A stretch of DNA of 43,535 nucleotides from a virus (taxonomy: Duplodnaviria > Caudoviricetes): positions 1-43,535 of IMG/VR virus record IMGVR_UViG_3300048574_000396, one strand, 5' to 3'. A program made the translations under genes and the position numbers. Numbering within the stretch: the stretch's first letter is position 1; each line of letters begins with the position of its first letter. This document shows positions 16,242 to 26,335 of this stretch, piece after piece. The notes below the pieces were generated by a model. The model was not told where the DNA came from and ran no database searches. It worked only from the letters and a program-made list of their open reading frames with translations.

Positions 16242-17897
16242 TCAGTACCTCAGCGTGGACGATACGCGCAGCCCGCCTTCAAGGCTGATGGTCTGCTTCG
16301 ACATCCGCGCGGTCTTGGTCGTGCCGTCCCGAAGTGTGACTGCCACGAAGTCGCCGGTCTCCAGCGCCGGATCCCCGCGCCAGGGCATGTCCACCCACTT
16401 CCGGGCGTAGCCATGGTATTTCAGGATCGACCACGCCAGATTCTTGAAGTGTTGGGCAGCGGCCGACGTGAAGGTTGCTGCGATCGGGTTCCCGGATATC
16501 ACCTGCTCCTGAATCCCGTTTTTTGATTCCTCCGTGGCATCGTTCTTAAGCGCCTCCAGGCTGTCGCCCGTGCCGTACTTCACGCGCATCCTCGTCGGCC
16601 CGCCCGCGTTGTCGGTGGTTTTCAGCCCGCCAAAGTACGCCGCGGGGCCAATGGAGAACACTGGCGACCCGAAAAGCCCGCTCTCCGGAGCGTTCTCGGC
16701 GATCAAGTTGGCCACGCAGCGGATCTTCATGTCCCGCGTCTGGAAGATGGACCCGTTGACCATCTGCGCCGCGTATCGGAGCACTTGACGGCAGGTTGCG
16801 CCCGCGAAATCCGGAGCTGCCGGGATCGACAAGTTGCCGTAGGCAGCATCCGAGACAAACTCAACGCCGAACCCGGCACAGGCGAACACGTCTGAAATCA
16901 GCGCGGACAGCGTCGCGGGGTATGTCAGCGAGGATGTTTTCGCATAGACCACGCCGTCAAGCCCTGTCAGCATATCCGTGGCCTTGATCGTGATCGGGAT
17001 TTCGCCATCCTCTTCGCCCCAGTTGGATACAAAATAGGTGCCCATGGGGACCAGCTCGTTGCTGCCGTCATCGTAGACCAGCCCGGCGAATATCTGGATG
17101 CGCTTTTTTCGCATGTCCAGGCCGTAGATAAGCCCGGAAGCGTTGGCCTTCGAGTACCTGCGGTCAGAATTGTCCAGCGAAAGCGTCAGCGTGCTGGCCA
17201 GACAGGAGCCGACCTCCACCGATGTGCTGGCCTCCACCTCCTCGTCCGGAATCATGGTCAGGATCCGGTCACTGCCCGTCACGACCTCCGCCGCCCCGGA
17301 ATAGCATTCGGTGACTTTGCAGGTGCGCCCGGCGGCGGTCCACTTTTTCACGATCAGCCGGATGCTCTTTACCGCAGTCACTTCGGGGTATGTGCCGCCG
17401 GAAACCAGGGTAAGCGCAGAAGATGCGTTCCCGGTGACCGCCCAGCGCCCGATCTCGGTTCCGGCAGAATTGAGAAATGCCACATCGAAATCCACCGCGT
17501 ACTCGCTCAATCGTTGATCGAAGGCCACGGTGAAGTGGTTGACCCGGGTCGGCGCCGTCAGCGTCATCGTAATGATTTCCTGCACCGCAAATGTGCCGCC
17601 CGTTCCGGAAAGCTGTGTGCCGACGTAGCCCGTCTGCCCGTAGATCTTCGACGCGACGTATTTCGCGTCGCCCACGGTCCAGGCGCTGTCCAGCGAAGCG
17701 TAAGCATAATCCGGCTGAAGAACGCCGTCCGACAGCTGGGCGGGCTTGGATGTCTCGTCTGCCGCCGGCGTCGTGACGCTCGAGATGCCTGAATCCAGGA
17801 TGGACCCGGTCAGGTCAATCCTGGCCATGACCTGCACCCGCCTCGATACAAGCGGATTTAGGACCGCATCTCGCCACGCGCTGGAAACGGACAGCAT
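16242..17897 (-). CDS. Baseplate hub / Tal-like tail protein with a probable carbohydrate-binding insertion
   Basis: 551 aa after Dit; 'VPMGTYFV', 'WRGDPALETGD.V.V' motifs of siphophage tail-tip proteins. Confidence 0.7.
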   Translation of the reverse strand: MLSVSSAWRDAVLNPLVSRRVQVMARIDLTGSILDSGISSVTTPAADETSKPAQLSDGVLQPDYAYASLDSAWTVGDAKYVASKIYGQTGYVGTQLSGTGGTFAVQEIITMTLTAPTRVNHFTVAFDQRLSEYAVDFDVAFLNSAGTEIGRWAVTGNASSALTLVSGGTYPEVTAVKSIRLIVKKWTAAGRTCKVTECYSGAAEVVTGSDRILTMIPDEEVEASTSVEVGSCLASTLTLSLDNSDRRYSKANASGLIYGLDMRKKRIQIFAGLVYDDGSNELVPMGTYFVSNWGEEDGEIPITIKATDMLTGLDGVVYAKTSSLTYPATLSALISDVFACAGFGVEFVSDAAYGNLSIPAAPDFAGATCRQVLRYAAQMVNGSIFQTRDMKIRCVANLIAENAPESGLFGSPVFSIGPAAYFGGLKTTDNAGGPTRMRVKYGTGDSLEALKNDATEESKNGIQEQVISGNPIAATFTSAAAQHFKNLAWSILKYHGYARKWVDMPWRGDPALETGDFVAVTLRDGTTKTARMSKQTISLEGGLRVSSTLRY

Positions 17898-17901
17898 TTT
17901 C

Positions 17902-18306
17902 TCACCTCTCGATCAGATTGACCGCCACACCGATGTATCCCTGGATCTCGCCCGTGTCAAGGATCCGCTGCGGCGTGTAGCTCAGGTCGCCCTTGTAGAC
18001 CGTGATGGTCCTCAGGCTCCCGGTCTTGTCCACGTAGTCCATCGTCTTCCACATCCCCTGGCTCAGTAGCGTTTCCAGCTTCGCCAAGTCCGCCGGAAGG
18101 AGAAATGCAAATCTCAGTTCGTGCTTTTCGACGTTGCTGCGAACCAGATCTGCGACCAGAAACCCTTCCGCATTGCGCTCCGCGTTCTTCTGCAGGTCGC
18201 TTTTCCCGGTCTGCCATTCGGATGGGCAGGGGATCGTCACGCCGTTGATCCGGATCGGCGTCAGCTTCACCTGCCCGTCCGCGTAGGTGTAGGTCATTGC
18301 CACCAT
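17902..18306 (-). CDS. Distal tail protein (DUF6711-like)
   Basis: 'ING..IP.P', 'ERNA.G.LV', C-terminal 'NLIER'; directly after the tape measure gene. Confidence 0.7.
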   Translation of the reverse strand: MVAMTYTYADGQVKLTPIRINGVTIPCPSEWQTGKSDLQKNAERNAEGFLVADLVRSNVEKHELRFAFLLPADLAKLETLLSQGMWKTMDYVDKTGSLRTITVYKGDLSYTPQRILDTGEIQGYIGVAVNLIER

Positions 18307-18308
18307 GG

Positions 18309-20717
18309 TCAGGTCACCTCCGGCATCAGGATCATGCGTCCGGTCCGCCGCTCCTCCTGACGGATCGCCTTCACAACCAGCCGCCCAAAGACGGTATCGC
18401 TCACCATCATCTGCCCATCCACGATGGTTTGCCGGTTTCCGCCGCCGCCCTGGTTGGCGTCCACGTACGCTTGCAGAAGACCCTCATAGACCGCCTGCCG
18501 AATGCCGCCGGTGATCTGGTCGTTGTTTGCGACGGCCGGCCGGTTTCCGATCGTGCCAACCATTTCCGGCCCGCGCTCCCGTGCGACAAACAGCTGACCG
18601 ACGGGCGGGAAACCGCCCTGGGCGTATCCGGAGACGGAATAGCTGTCGGCCTTGCGCTTTTGCTGATCGATGGCCCTGTTCGCCGTGATCAGTACCGCTG
18701 CGATGCCCGCGGCAGCGACGCCCGCCCCAATCAGGCCTCCTACGATCGAGCCGTGCAGGATCGCGAACGTCGCGGCCAGAAGGCCGATAACAGCCACCAG
18801 TGAGCTGATCACGGTGAACACCTTTTGGGACGGCGTCATCTTCGGCCAGGCCTTCGCAACCTCCATCACCACGTAGGTAATGCCCGCGATGGCCGCGGAG
18901 ATGGCCAGCATCTTCCAGTTCAGGTTCCCGAGGATTGTGATCACCGACTTGATGCTTGCGATCATCTTCGGGATGTCGGAGATCAGTTTCATGATGGTCC
19001 AGGCCGCGAAGAACGCCACCACCGCCGCGGTGATCGATTCAACCGTGCTCTGGTTGTTTTTGCACCAGTCGGAAATGCCCTGAAGCTTGTCCCGCAGCCC
19101 CTTCAGTGCATTGGTGATGATGTCGCCTGTCCACTTGCCGATCGGCTCAATGAACTTCTCCCACAGCCAGCTGAAGACCGGCTTCGCCCCGTCGATGATA
19201 TGGTTCAGCGTCTCAATGGCAATGGCCACCGTGTCGATGGCCACCGGCACCACGCTGTTCGCGGCCCATTCCACGATCGGCCGGATCGCCTTGTCATAGA
19301 ACCACAACAGGCCTTCGCCGATGCGCTGCGCAAAAGGCGTCACAGCCTGCCACAGGCGGGTGAGCTTGTTGGTGATGTCTTCCCAGCCGATGTTGCTGAC
19401 CAGCCGTGTGGTCGTGTCCAGGAAGTCGGGGAGTCCCTTGCCCAGAACCCATAACCCGATCGGCTTTAGCGCGTACTCATAGAAGTTCTTCAGGTTCAGC
19501 CACACGAAATCGCGCGCGGGCGCCAGCGCCTCCCACAGCCGCTTCATGGCCTCTACCGTCGGCTGTGCCGCTGCCTTCAGCTTTTCGAGCCATGCCAGCG
19601 CTGTTTTGATCCACTCCGGCTTGCCCAGCGTCTGGCTGAAATCCGGCGCAAGTGGCGTGCTGGGCGTCTTGCCCGAAGATCCGCCGGTGTTGTCCCGGCT
19701 GATGTCGTTCAGCTCATCGAACGATGCCAGCGCGCCGCGCGCGGCCTTGTTCGCGTCCTTCAGTGCGTCGGCCTGCGCGTTCGTTGCATTGGCCGAATCG
19801 TACATCGAGCTGGCGGTCTGCTGCGCCTGGGCCGCGGTTTTTCCGAACAACGCGGCGATGAACACCGCGATGTTTCCTATCACCTGTGCCAGAACCTGCG
19901 CGAACTGGATCAGCGTGGGCATGATGCTTTGATAGATGGGCGCGAAGGCGGTCAGCAGATTCCCTTTGATCTGCGCCAGCGAGGTGGCAAACTGCTGGTT
20001 TGCCATCGCGGCCCGCCCTGTGAACTTGGCCATCGCCATGAAGGACTTATAGATGATCAGCGATACCAGCACGCCGCGGACCGTCCGGCCCAGCGTCTTA
20101 AAAATGGAGTTGACAGGGTTCATGGCCCGTGCCGACCGCCCGGCAGATTCACCTACCGCGCGCTCAGCGTTTTTCGCGCTTTCGGCGATGCCTTTGAAGC
20201 GGTCCGAGATGGTTTTCTTCGGCGCCACCTTGTCCGACATCTGCGCCCCAGTCTTCCCGGCGGCCGCCATGGCGTCCTCCATTTTCCAGATGGACGCCGC
20301 GGCATTGTCGGACTTGGTGATCAGCCCCGCGATCTTCGCTTCCGTAGCCGCGATCTGAGAACGCAGCTTTACCGCCGCTTCCGCCGATCGAGGCGAGCTT
20401 TTCATTGACGACGCGGTGTTCATCTTGGCCTGCATGCCAGTCAGCTTCGCCTGCTCCGCGGCAATCTGCGCGTTGGTCGCGTTCATCTGCCTGGTCAGGT
20501 TTTCGATTTTTACCCGTTGCGCCTGAAGCGCCGCATCCGCACCCTTGTTCGTGGCGCTGGCGGCAAGGCCCAGCTTCTTCCGAATCCTGTCCAGGATCGG
20601 GCTGATCTTGCCCTCCAGCGCCTGCAGCGCGCGCACGCCGGTGGAACCCATCTGATCAAGTTGGCTGGCATCGCCGCCTACGACGATCTCCAGGCGTTCC
20701 AGTTCCTCACCCGGCAT
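18309..20717 (-). CDS. Tape measure protein
   Basis: 802 aa Ala-rich coiled coil, 'LASFDELN', Trp-periodic repeats, TM region, '[21 protein letters not shown]'. Confidence 0.92.
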   Translation of the reverse strand: MPGEELERLEIVVGGDASQLDQMGSTGVRALQALEGKISPILDRIRKKLGLAASATNKGADAALQAQRVKIENLTRQMNATNAQIAAEQAKLTGMQAKMNTASSMKSSPRSAEAAVKLRSQIAATEAKIAGLITKSDNAAASIWKMEDAMAAAGKTGAQMSDKVAPKKTISDRFKGIAESAKNAERAVGESAGRSARAMNPVNSIFKTLGRTVRGVLVSLIIYKSFMAMAKFTGRAAMANQQFATSLAQIKGNLLTAFAPIYQSIMPTLIQFAQVLAQVIGNIAVFIAALFGKTAAQAQQTASSMYDSANATNAQADALKDANKAARGALASFDELNDISRDNTGGSSGKTPSTPLAPDFSQTLGKPEWIKTALAWLEKLKAAAQPTVEAMKRLWEALAPARDFVWLNLKNFYEYALKPIGLWVLGKGLPDFLDTTTRLVSNIGWEDITNKLTRLWQAVTPFAQRIGEGLLWFYDKAIRPIVEWAANSVVPVAIDTVAIAIETLNHIIDGAKPVFSWLWEKFIEPIGKWTGDIITNALKGLRDKLQGISDWCKNNQSTVESITAAVVAFFAAWTIMKLISDIPKMIASIKSVITILGNLNWKMLAISAAIAGITYVVMEVAKAWPKMTPSQKVFTVISSLVAVIGLLAATFAILHGSIVGGLIGAGVAAAGIAAVLITANRAIDQQKRKADSYSVSGYAQGGFPPVGQLFVARERGPEMVGTIGNRPAVANNDQITGGIRQAVYEGLLQAYVDANQGGGGNRQTIVDGQMMVSDTVFGRLVVKAIRQEERRTGRMILMPEVT

Positions 20718-20723
20718 GCGCGC

Positions 20724-21167
20724 TCACCTCCGAACTTTCGTATTATCGAACGCTTCCCGGAACCTGTCCCGAGTTGTTCGCCAGTCTTTTTGGGCTTCAT
20801 CGTCATCGATCAGGCCTGGGAATGCCTCTTTGAGGCTTGGGTATTGCTGTCTGTGTTTGCTGAAGAGATTCGAAACCCCGAGGGTGATCAGATCCGCGAG
20901 CTTGTAGGCTGTCGCCGCCTGCCGCGCCGCCTCGTCGTTCCTACGGCGCACGACCGCCTCAATAACGCGACGCGCCTCCCCGAAGGTCATTTCCCAGAAC
21001 GCTTCAGGGTTCACGCCGGCAGCCACCAGGTAGGCATAGGCCTCATCCGTTTCCTTCGTCAGGCTTCGGACATCTCCCGCGTTTCCTCTTCGGTCGGCTG
21101 GTTGATTTCGCGGGACAGGTCGATCATCCCCTGCGGGGTGATCTTCGCCGCGTCCTTCGGAAAAAAA
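20724..21167 (-). CDS. Tail assembly chaperone, C-terminal (GT-like) frame, probably reached by -1 frameshift
   Basis: 'GVNPEAFWEMTFGE' motif; open in the -1 frame relative to 21059-21472; no convincing start of its own. Confidence 0.6.
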   Translation of the reverse strand, partial: FFSEGRGEDHPAGDDRPVPRNQPADRRGNAGDVRSLTKETDEAYAYLVAAGVNPEAFWEMTFGEARRVIEAVVRRRNDEAARQAATAYKLADLITLGVSNLFSKHRQQYPSLKEAFPGLIDDDEAQKDWRTTRDRFREAFDNTKVRR

Positions 21168-21472
21168 CCGGTCACCTCGGCGATCTTGGTCACCAGCTCC
21201 ACGAACTGCTCCGTCGACCATCCGGCATCCACCATCCGGTCGATCAGGTCGCAGGTGCCTTCGTAGCTGTACTTTCCGTGCTCGCCCGCGAACGGCTTCA
21301 GCGAGACGTACAGGATCGCGGGCAGGTACGCGAAGACATCCATCGCCTTGTTCTGGTCCCCGAGGATCCCGATGACCGAATCCCCCAGCATCTTGCCAAG
21401 CTCCGCGTGATCACGGGTGCGGATGCGCAGCTTGAAGGTCTTGTCCTCAAACTCCAGTCTGTAGTGGTCCAT
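21059..21472 (-). CDS. Tail assembly chaperone (G-like, DUF6096-like)
   Basis: Between tail tube and tape measure genes; 'GFF' encoded by T TTT TTT. Confidence 0.75.
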   Translation of the reverse strand: MDHYRLEFEDKTFKLRIRTRDHAELGKMLGDSVIGILGDQNKAMDVFAYLPAILYVSLKPFAGEHGKYSYEGTCDLIDRMVDAGWSTEQFVELVTKIAEVTGFFPKDAAKITPQGMIDLSREINQPTEEETREMSEA

Positions 21473-21514
21473 GTCTTCTCCTTCCGGGGGCCTTTACAGG
21501 CCCCCGCTTGTCGA

Positions 21515-21949
21515 TCAGGTGCCGCTGGGAGCGGGCGTGAAGTTGAGTGATGTGGCGGGGATGATGTTGAGGATGTAGGTCGGCGCACCGTTCACTTCCT
21601 GGCCACTGGACCTGCAGTCCGGGTAGCCTTGCCAGCTGTCCTTCGAGCCGTCCGGCCAAGTGATCTCCCAGTACTGCGCCGCGGTCGGACTCAGCGCGCG
21701 GAGTGCCGCGTACTCGTCGACCGTGCCGTCCGCGCCGTAGAAGCCCTTGAAGCCTGTGAATTCCAGCGCGTCGTTAGCCCTGACGCCCGGGGCGAATACG
21801 CGCGCGTCGTCGGCCAGCGTCGTCACGTCAATGGACTCGCGCGCCCCGCCCATCTCCGGGATCGAAAGCAGGGAGTAGAGCCGCGTCGTCGGCGACGCCG
21901 TGGCGCCGTACTTAAGCGTGGCGCCGATGGAGCTGATGGGCTTGTTCAT
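21515..21949 (-). CDS. Major tail tube protein
   Basis: 'IPEMGG..ESIDVTTL.D', 'ITWPDGS...W.G' siphophage tube motifs. Confidence 0.85.
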   Translation of the reverse strand: MNKPISSIGATLKYGATASPTTRLYSLLSIPEMGGARESIDVTTLADDARVFAPGVRANDALEFTGFKGFYGADGTVDEYAALRALSPTAAQYWEITWPDGSKDSWQGYPDCRSSGQEVNGAPTYILNIIPATSLNFTPAPSGT

Positions 21950-21953
21950 TTTC

Positions 21954-22349
21954 TCACCTCGCGTATATGATGTTGTCGCCTGTGTCGAAGAGGCCGGTGA
22001 AGCGCTGACTGCGCCGCACCAGCCCGTTGGGCAGGGTCGATTCGTCGTCGGTCGTGCAGTGCGGCAGGACGCCCAGCATCGCCTGAAGCGCGGGATGCGC
22101 GACGGTGCTCACCTGAGCGCGGGTTTTCCCGAAGTGGTCCAGCCGGACCTCCACATCCCAGCGCCGCACCTCCCGGGAAGCGGGCATGTACTGGCCATTG
22201 GACAGGTACACTTCATAGACCGTCAGCGGGAGTTGTATGCCTGCCTGCGCGGTGAACAGATCCGCTGGGTACGACGGCTTGGTGTTCGGGCTGACCGCCT
22301 TCACTGCATCGTACACCGCGTCCTTGACCGCCTGCATGGCGTCGATCAT
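21954..22349 (-). CDS. Tail terminator protein
   Basis: ATGA overlap with the upstream gene at 22346-22349; position before the tail tube gene. Confidence 0.6.
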   Translation of the reverse strand: MIDAMQAVKDAVYDAVKAVSPNTKPSYPADLFTAQAGIQLPLTVYEVYLSNGQYMPASREVRRWDVEVRLDHFGKTRAQVSTVAHPALQAMLGVLPHCTTDDESTLPNGLVRRSQRFTGLFDTGDNIIYAR

Positions 22350-22927
22350 GCGCCTCCACCTCCAGCCTTGAGCGCCCGGATGCGCCGGTTGATCGCCGCG
22401 ATGATCACATCGCGCGCGAAGGGTTTCTCCGCCAGGAATGCCGGCCACAGGTACGGGTTTGCCTCCATACCGTCCGACCAGACAAAACCCGGCTTGTGGT
22501 CCTTCGTTTGCTGCCCGGTATCGTCGTACCAGTACCACGGCTCCTGCGTGTAGGCGGTGGACGGGAGCGGGTATTTCGGACCGTAAGGGCCGCTTTTCGA
22601 TGCGATGCCCTGCGGGCCGGTGCCCATCTCCAGGAACACCGGCATGGGCACCGTTCCCCATTTGCCGGTGGTCACGAACACGCGGGCCATGACCTTTCCA
22701 TCGCGCTCCACGACTTCGGATTCGATGGCGCTGGCCAGCTGCGGATCAACGCCGGCCGCGAATAAGTGGGCGCGCGCCTTGATCTTGTTGGTGATCTCCG
22801 TCAGGCCATCCCGCATGCCCGCGCGAACCGCTTCGGGCATGGCCTCCAGCTTCGCGATGGCTTCGTCCAGCCCCTCGATCCCGCCTCTGACCGCCTTGAT
22901 CCCATAGAGCCTCTGCCTTTTAGCCAC
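22346..22927 (-). CDS. HK97 gp10-like tail completion protein
   Basis: 'FLEMGTG', 'PW.W', 'GMEANPYLWPA' motifs. Confidence 0.8.
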   Translation of the reverse strand: MAKRQRLYGIKAVRGGIEGLDEAIAKLEAMPEAVRAGMRDGLTEITNKIKARAHLFAAGVDPQLASAIESEVVERDGKVMARVFVTTGKWGTVPMPVFLEMGTGPQGIASKSGPYGPKYPLPSTAYTQEPWYWYDDTGQQTKDHKPGFVWSDGMEANPYLWPAFLAEKPFARDVIIAAINRRIRALKAGGGGA

Positions 22928-23264
22928 CGAAGGCGCCCCGCTTCCCGATGTCGCACCGGTACTGGCGGGCAGTGGAGCGGTCCGCGATCACCTTGTAGTC
23001 CGGATCTCCGGTTGTGGGCGCATCGACCCATACGCCCTCGCCTTCCTTCAGTCGAACAGTGCCGGTGGAGAGCGTCCGCACGCTGGGCAACTTCTGACCG
23101 TACTGCGCCGCCGCGACTTCGCCCGCCGGTACGCCGACCGTGGCCATGAACTCCTGCGGCGTTCCGAAACCCATGATGTCTTCGCCGTCGCCGGTCGTGC
23201 CGCTCTTCACGGGGGGCGCGTGGTGCAGCACCTGAAGGTCGCTTACAGGTCCTCTCAGTGGCAT
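22920..23264 (-). CDS. Head closure (stopper) protein
   Basis: 114 aa; 'YG.KL', 'EG.GVWVD...PDY.V'; position between adaptor and gp10-like gene. Confidence 0.65.
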   Translation of the reverse strand: MPLRGPVSDLQVLHHAPPVKSGTTGDGEDIMGFGTPQEFMATVGVPAGEVAAAQYGQKLPSVRTLSTGTVRLKEGEGVWVDAPTTGDPDYKVIADRSTARQYRCDIGKRGAFGG

Positions 23265-23280
23265 GACATTTCACCGTCCT

Positions 23281-23577
23281 TCATTTCGCCGTTGTTGCCA
23301 GTCTCATGTCGGTCAGGAGTGCCACCTTTTCGGGCGGGAGAGACGAGATGCTCCGCGATACGCCGCCCTCGGAATGGCTGCTCTCGCCTTCGATGCCGCG
23401 CTGGTTGTACCGGATCACCGCCAGATCCACCTGCATGCCCTTCAGAAGGTCGGGTACCTCGGTGCGGTTCGTGAAAAGCAGGATGTCCTCGCCCGCGCTG
23501 GTGATCAGGTCCTCCAGCACATTGTCCGGCTCCACAATCGGCTGGAGCCGTGCTTTCAACCGGTCAAGCGGTTCCAT
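23281..23577 (-). CDS. Head-tail connector (adaptor)
   Basis: 'DLAVIRYN.RG.EGESSHSEGGVSRS' motif. Confidence 0.85.
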   Translation of the reverse strand: MEPLDRLKARLQPIVEPDNVLEDLITSAGEDILLFTNRTEVPDLLKGMQVDLAVIRYNQRGIEGESSHSEGGVSRSISSLPPEKVALLTDMRLATTAK

Positions 23578-23627
23578 GCCATCACCTCCAGGAAATTGAT
23601 CAGGGCCGGATCACTCCGGCCCCGTCA

Positions 23628-24491
23628 TCAGGTGGTCGACTTGTGCAGGTAGATGCCGGCGACCTTGTTTTCGTAGGCGGCGTTCACGCCGACGATCCGG
23701 TAGCCAAACTTCCACGCGTCCGCGTCCTGGTTGGCCTCGGGAGTGATCACCTTCGGCGCGATGTGCTTGGTGAACTGGATCACCGCGGGCTTGTGGACGA
23801 TCTCGAAGTTGATGTTCTTGCCGGTCGTCCCGTCCTTGGAGTAGCCGCCGTCACCGTTGGCCGCGAGGGTGATCTTGGTATAGAACCGGGTCTGGGGCAC
23901 CTGCACGACGCTGGCGAAGTCATCCAGCACCGCGCGGGACTTCGTGTTGTCCAGGTCCTTGATCAGGTTGTACAGGGTAGCCGTGATGAACAGGATCCGG
24001 TCGGTCAGCGGAACCTCCGCTTCGTTCATCGCGTTCAATCCGGCGCGGAGCGCGGCGATTACCGCGTCGCCCGTGGAGAGCGCAGCGCCCGCCACCGTAC
24101 CGATGCCGCTGATCTGGGCCAGCTTCGCCAGACGGTAGGCGTCCACCTCCGGCACCACCTTGGTGCGGATGAACTCGCCCGCCAGTTTGCCGAAGGCGAT
24201 GCCCGCGGTCTCGGCATTGTCTTGGGTGTCAACGGTGAACATGCGGCCGCGGTCGTAGTCGACCGTCACGGTTTCGTTGGTCAGGGTCACGTCACCCGCC
24301 ACATAGCCGCTGTTGCGGTCGTAGTTGGCCAGGCCTTGCATGGTCATCTTGGGGATGATCAGCTCGTTGACGTTGGCGCCCTCGCGCGCCAGCTCCGGCG
24401 CGCCGTCCAGGATGGACGTAAGCGAACCGGCCTTGTACACCTCGTCAAGGATGGGGACGTACTTTTTGAAAAGGGCAATCGAGTTGGCCAT
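23628..24491 (-). CDS. Major capsid protein
   Basis: 'MANSIAL...Y...LDEVY', 'DRGRMFTVD..DN.ET', 'VVPEVDAYR', 'NQ.ADAW.FGYR'. Confidence 0.9.
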   Translation of the reverse strand: MANSIALFKKYVPILDEVYKAGSLTSILDGAPELAREGANVNELIIPKMTMQGLANYDRNSGYVAGDVTLTNETVTVDYDRGRMFTVDTQDNAETAGIAFGKLAGEFIRTKVVPEVDAYRLAKLAQISGIGTVAGAALSTGDAVIAALRAGLNAMNEAEVPLTDRILFITATLYNLIKDLDNTKSRAVLDDFASVVQVPQTRFYTKITLAANGDGGYSKDGTTGKNINFEIVHKPAVIQFTKHIAPKVITPEANQDADAWKFGYRIVGVNAAYENKVAGIYLHKSTT

Positions 24492-24514
24492 GGTTCATTC
24501 TCCTCTCGTTGTGG

Positions 24515-25177
24515 TCACTTTTTCGCAGCAGGGAGGCCTGCCGCCGCGCGCATCTGCGCGAGGTATGCATCCTCTCCGGTTTCACCCTTGCCGCCGGGCG
24601 CGCCGTCGCCCGCAAGGCGCGCTTTCACACCGGCCTGCACAGCGGCGCGGAAGGCCTTCTCCGCGGCTGCCATGGACTTCTCAAGGGCTTCCTCGTCCGA
24701 GTAGTTCAGGGCTTCCGCAAGATCCTTGGGCAGGCCCTTTTCGGCCAGCGTTTCCAGCGCAGAAGCCCGGAGCTCGCGCGTTTTGATGGTGCGCTCGCGC
24801 TCCTCCAGCGCCTTCTGGTTGGCCTTGCGGTCGGCCTCGGCGCGCTCTTCAGCGGACATCTTCCCGCGCTTCTCGCCTTCCGCTACGGCTGCGGCGATCT
24901 TGGCTTCGGTGTCCTTGCTTGCCTTGGCCAGGCGCTTTGTGACGATGGCGTCAAGCTCGGCCTGGGTGAAGGTCTTCTCGCCTTCACCCTTGCCTTTGCC
25001 GCCGTCATCGCCTTTCCCGTCGCCGTCGGCGCCGTCATCGCCCTGGCCATCGCCAGCGCCTCCGGTGCCAGCGCCACCGCCGGATCCGCCGTTTCCAGCG
25101 CCACCTGCGCCACCCGCGCCACCACCGCTGCCGTCCGCTGCCATCCTGCGCGCCTGCAAAAGCCTGAGATAGTTCAT
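24515..25177 (-). CDS. Capsid scaffolding protein (DUF4355-like)
   Basis: Gly/Asp-rich N-term, 'KTFTQAELD.IV.KRL', coiled coil; directly upstream of the capsid gene. Confidence 0.85.
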   Translation of the reverse strand: MNYLRLLQARRMAADGSGGGAGGAGGAGNGGSGGGAGTGGAGDGQGDDGADGDGKGDDGGKGKGEGEKTFTQAELDAIVTKRLAKASKDTEAKIAAAVAEGEKRGKMSAEERAEADRKANQKALEERERTIKTRELRASALETLAEKGLPKDLAEALNYSDEEALEKSMAAAEKAFRAAVQAGVKARLAGDGAPGGKGETGEDAYLAQMRAAAGLPAAKK

Positions 25178-25226
25178 GGTGTTCCTCCTCCGTTTATCGC
25201 CCGTCGGCTAATCCCGGTCACCCGGT

Positions 25227-25259
25227 CAAACAAAAACCGCGCTCCCGCGCGGCCTGTTT
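25227..25259 (-). terminator. Intrinsic terminator inside the head operon
   Basis: Minus strand CCGCGC-GGGA-GCGCGG followed by TTTTTGTTT. Confidence 0.6.
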
Positions 25260-25260
25260 C

Positions 25261-26334
25261 CTATGCTGTGATCGGCGGGCATCCTGCCGCCTGCCACCGT
25301 TCCCACTGGTCGTAATTCCACGTCGCCGGGATCAGGAGATACTTCCCGTCCTTGTCCTGCACCGACCGGTTCACCGTGGCCAGCCATTCCCACCCGTAGA
25401 CCGGGATGGTGGTCGACCGGCACCACGGGTGCAGCGGGGGCAGGTTCACGCCCGGCTTCGCATCCGCCACCATGTAGACCTTGCTCGAGTGCGCCCGGCA
25501 CACTTCGCTGGTTTTCTCGTCGAAGATCGCGACGAACTGGTACTCCTCCACGCCGCCGTCTATGTAGCTGCGAAGCTCGGAGTGGTTGGCTACATACGCC
25601 GTTTCCGTCACCACCAGCCGCGCGGCGACATACCGGCTGACATCGAAGGTCTTCATAAGGTCCCGGATGATGCGGTCATGGTCTTTCCCGCCCATCAGCC
25701 CGGATGCGATCTCCCGGCTGACCATCTGCGAGAGCTTCTCCGTGTTGTTCCAAAGCCGGTCGGAGTAGGAGATGCCCGTCCGCTTGTCCTTCAGTATCTG
25801 CGTCAGCTGACGTTCGCTGATCCCGGACGCGTTCCACCCAACTTGCGTACCCTTCTGCAGGTCGAAAGCGGTGCGCATGTAGGCGTCTTTGCCGACCTGC
25901 CTCAGGGCTTGCGTTCCGAGCTCCAGTTCACGCTGCCCCAGCCTGGCGCAGGTGATGTTCGCGCTCTCCTGCAGCGCCCTCAGGTTCGTGAGCCGGAACC
26001 GGACGGATTCGGCGTTGAGCCGGGCGCGAATACTCAGCTTGACCGGGCTGTCCTCCAGCGCGTTGAGCAGCCTTTTCAGTCGCTTCAGCTCAGTCTGTGG
26101 CGCGGGCTCCCGCAGGATTGACGCTGCTTCCTGAAACGTCATCCCGGTGCGCCGTGCGTAGCTGCCGACCAGGCGCTGTATCTCCGCGGAGATCTGAGCC
26201 TGCGCATCTTTATAGGCCTCGCCCAGCTGCTGGAGCATCCGGTTGTCCGCGCGGTTGTAGATCTCCTGGCGCATCGCCGCGCGCTCCTGCCAGTAAACGT
26301 CGTTCGGCAGGCTGGACATCCTGACCGTCTGCAT
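25261..26334 (-). CDS. Head morphogenesis / minor capsid protein (SPP1 gp7-like)
   Basis: 'RLVVTE', 'D.KTS.VC', 'PPLHPWCRST'. Confidence 0.88.
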   Translation of the reverse strand: MQTVRMSSLPNDVYWQERAAMRQEIYNRADNRMLQQLGEAYKDAQAQISAEIQRLVGSYARRTGMTFQEAASILREPAPQTELKRLKRLLNALEDSPVKLSIRARLNAESVRFRLTNLRALQESANITCARLGQRELELGTQALRQVGKDAYMRTAFDLQKGTQVGWNASGISERQLTQILKDKRTGISYSDRLWNNTEKLSQMVSREIASGLMGGKDHDRIIRDLMKTFDVSRYVAARLVVTETAYVANHSELRSYIDGGVEEYQFVAIFDEKTSEVCRAHSSKVYMVADAKPGVNLPPLHPWCRSTTIPVYGWEWLATVNRSVQDKDGKYLLIPATWNYDQWERWQAAGCPPITA

Positions 26335-26335
26335 G

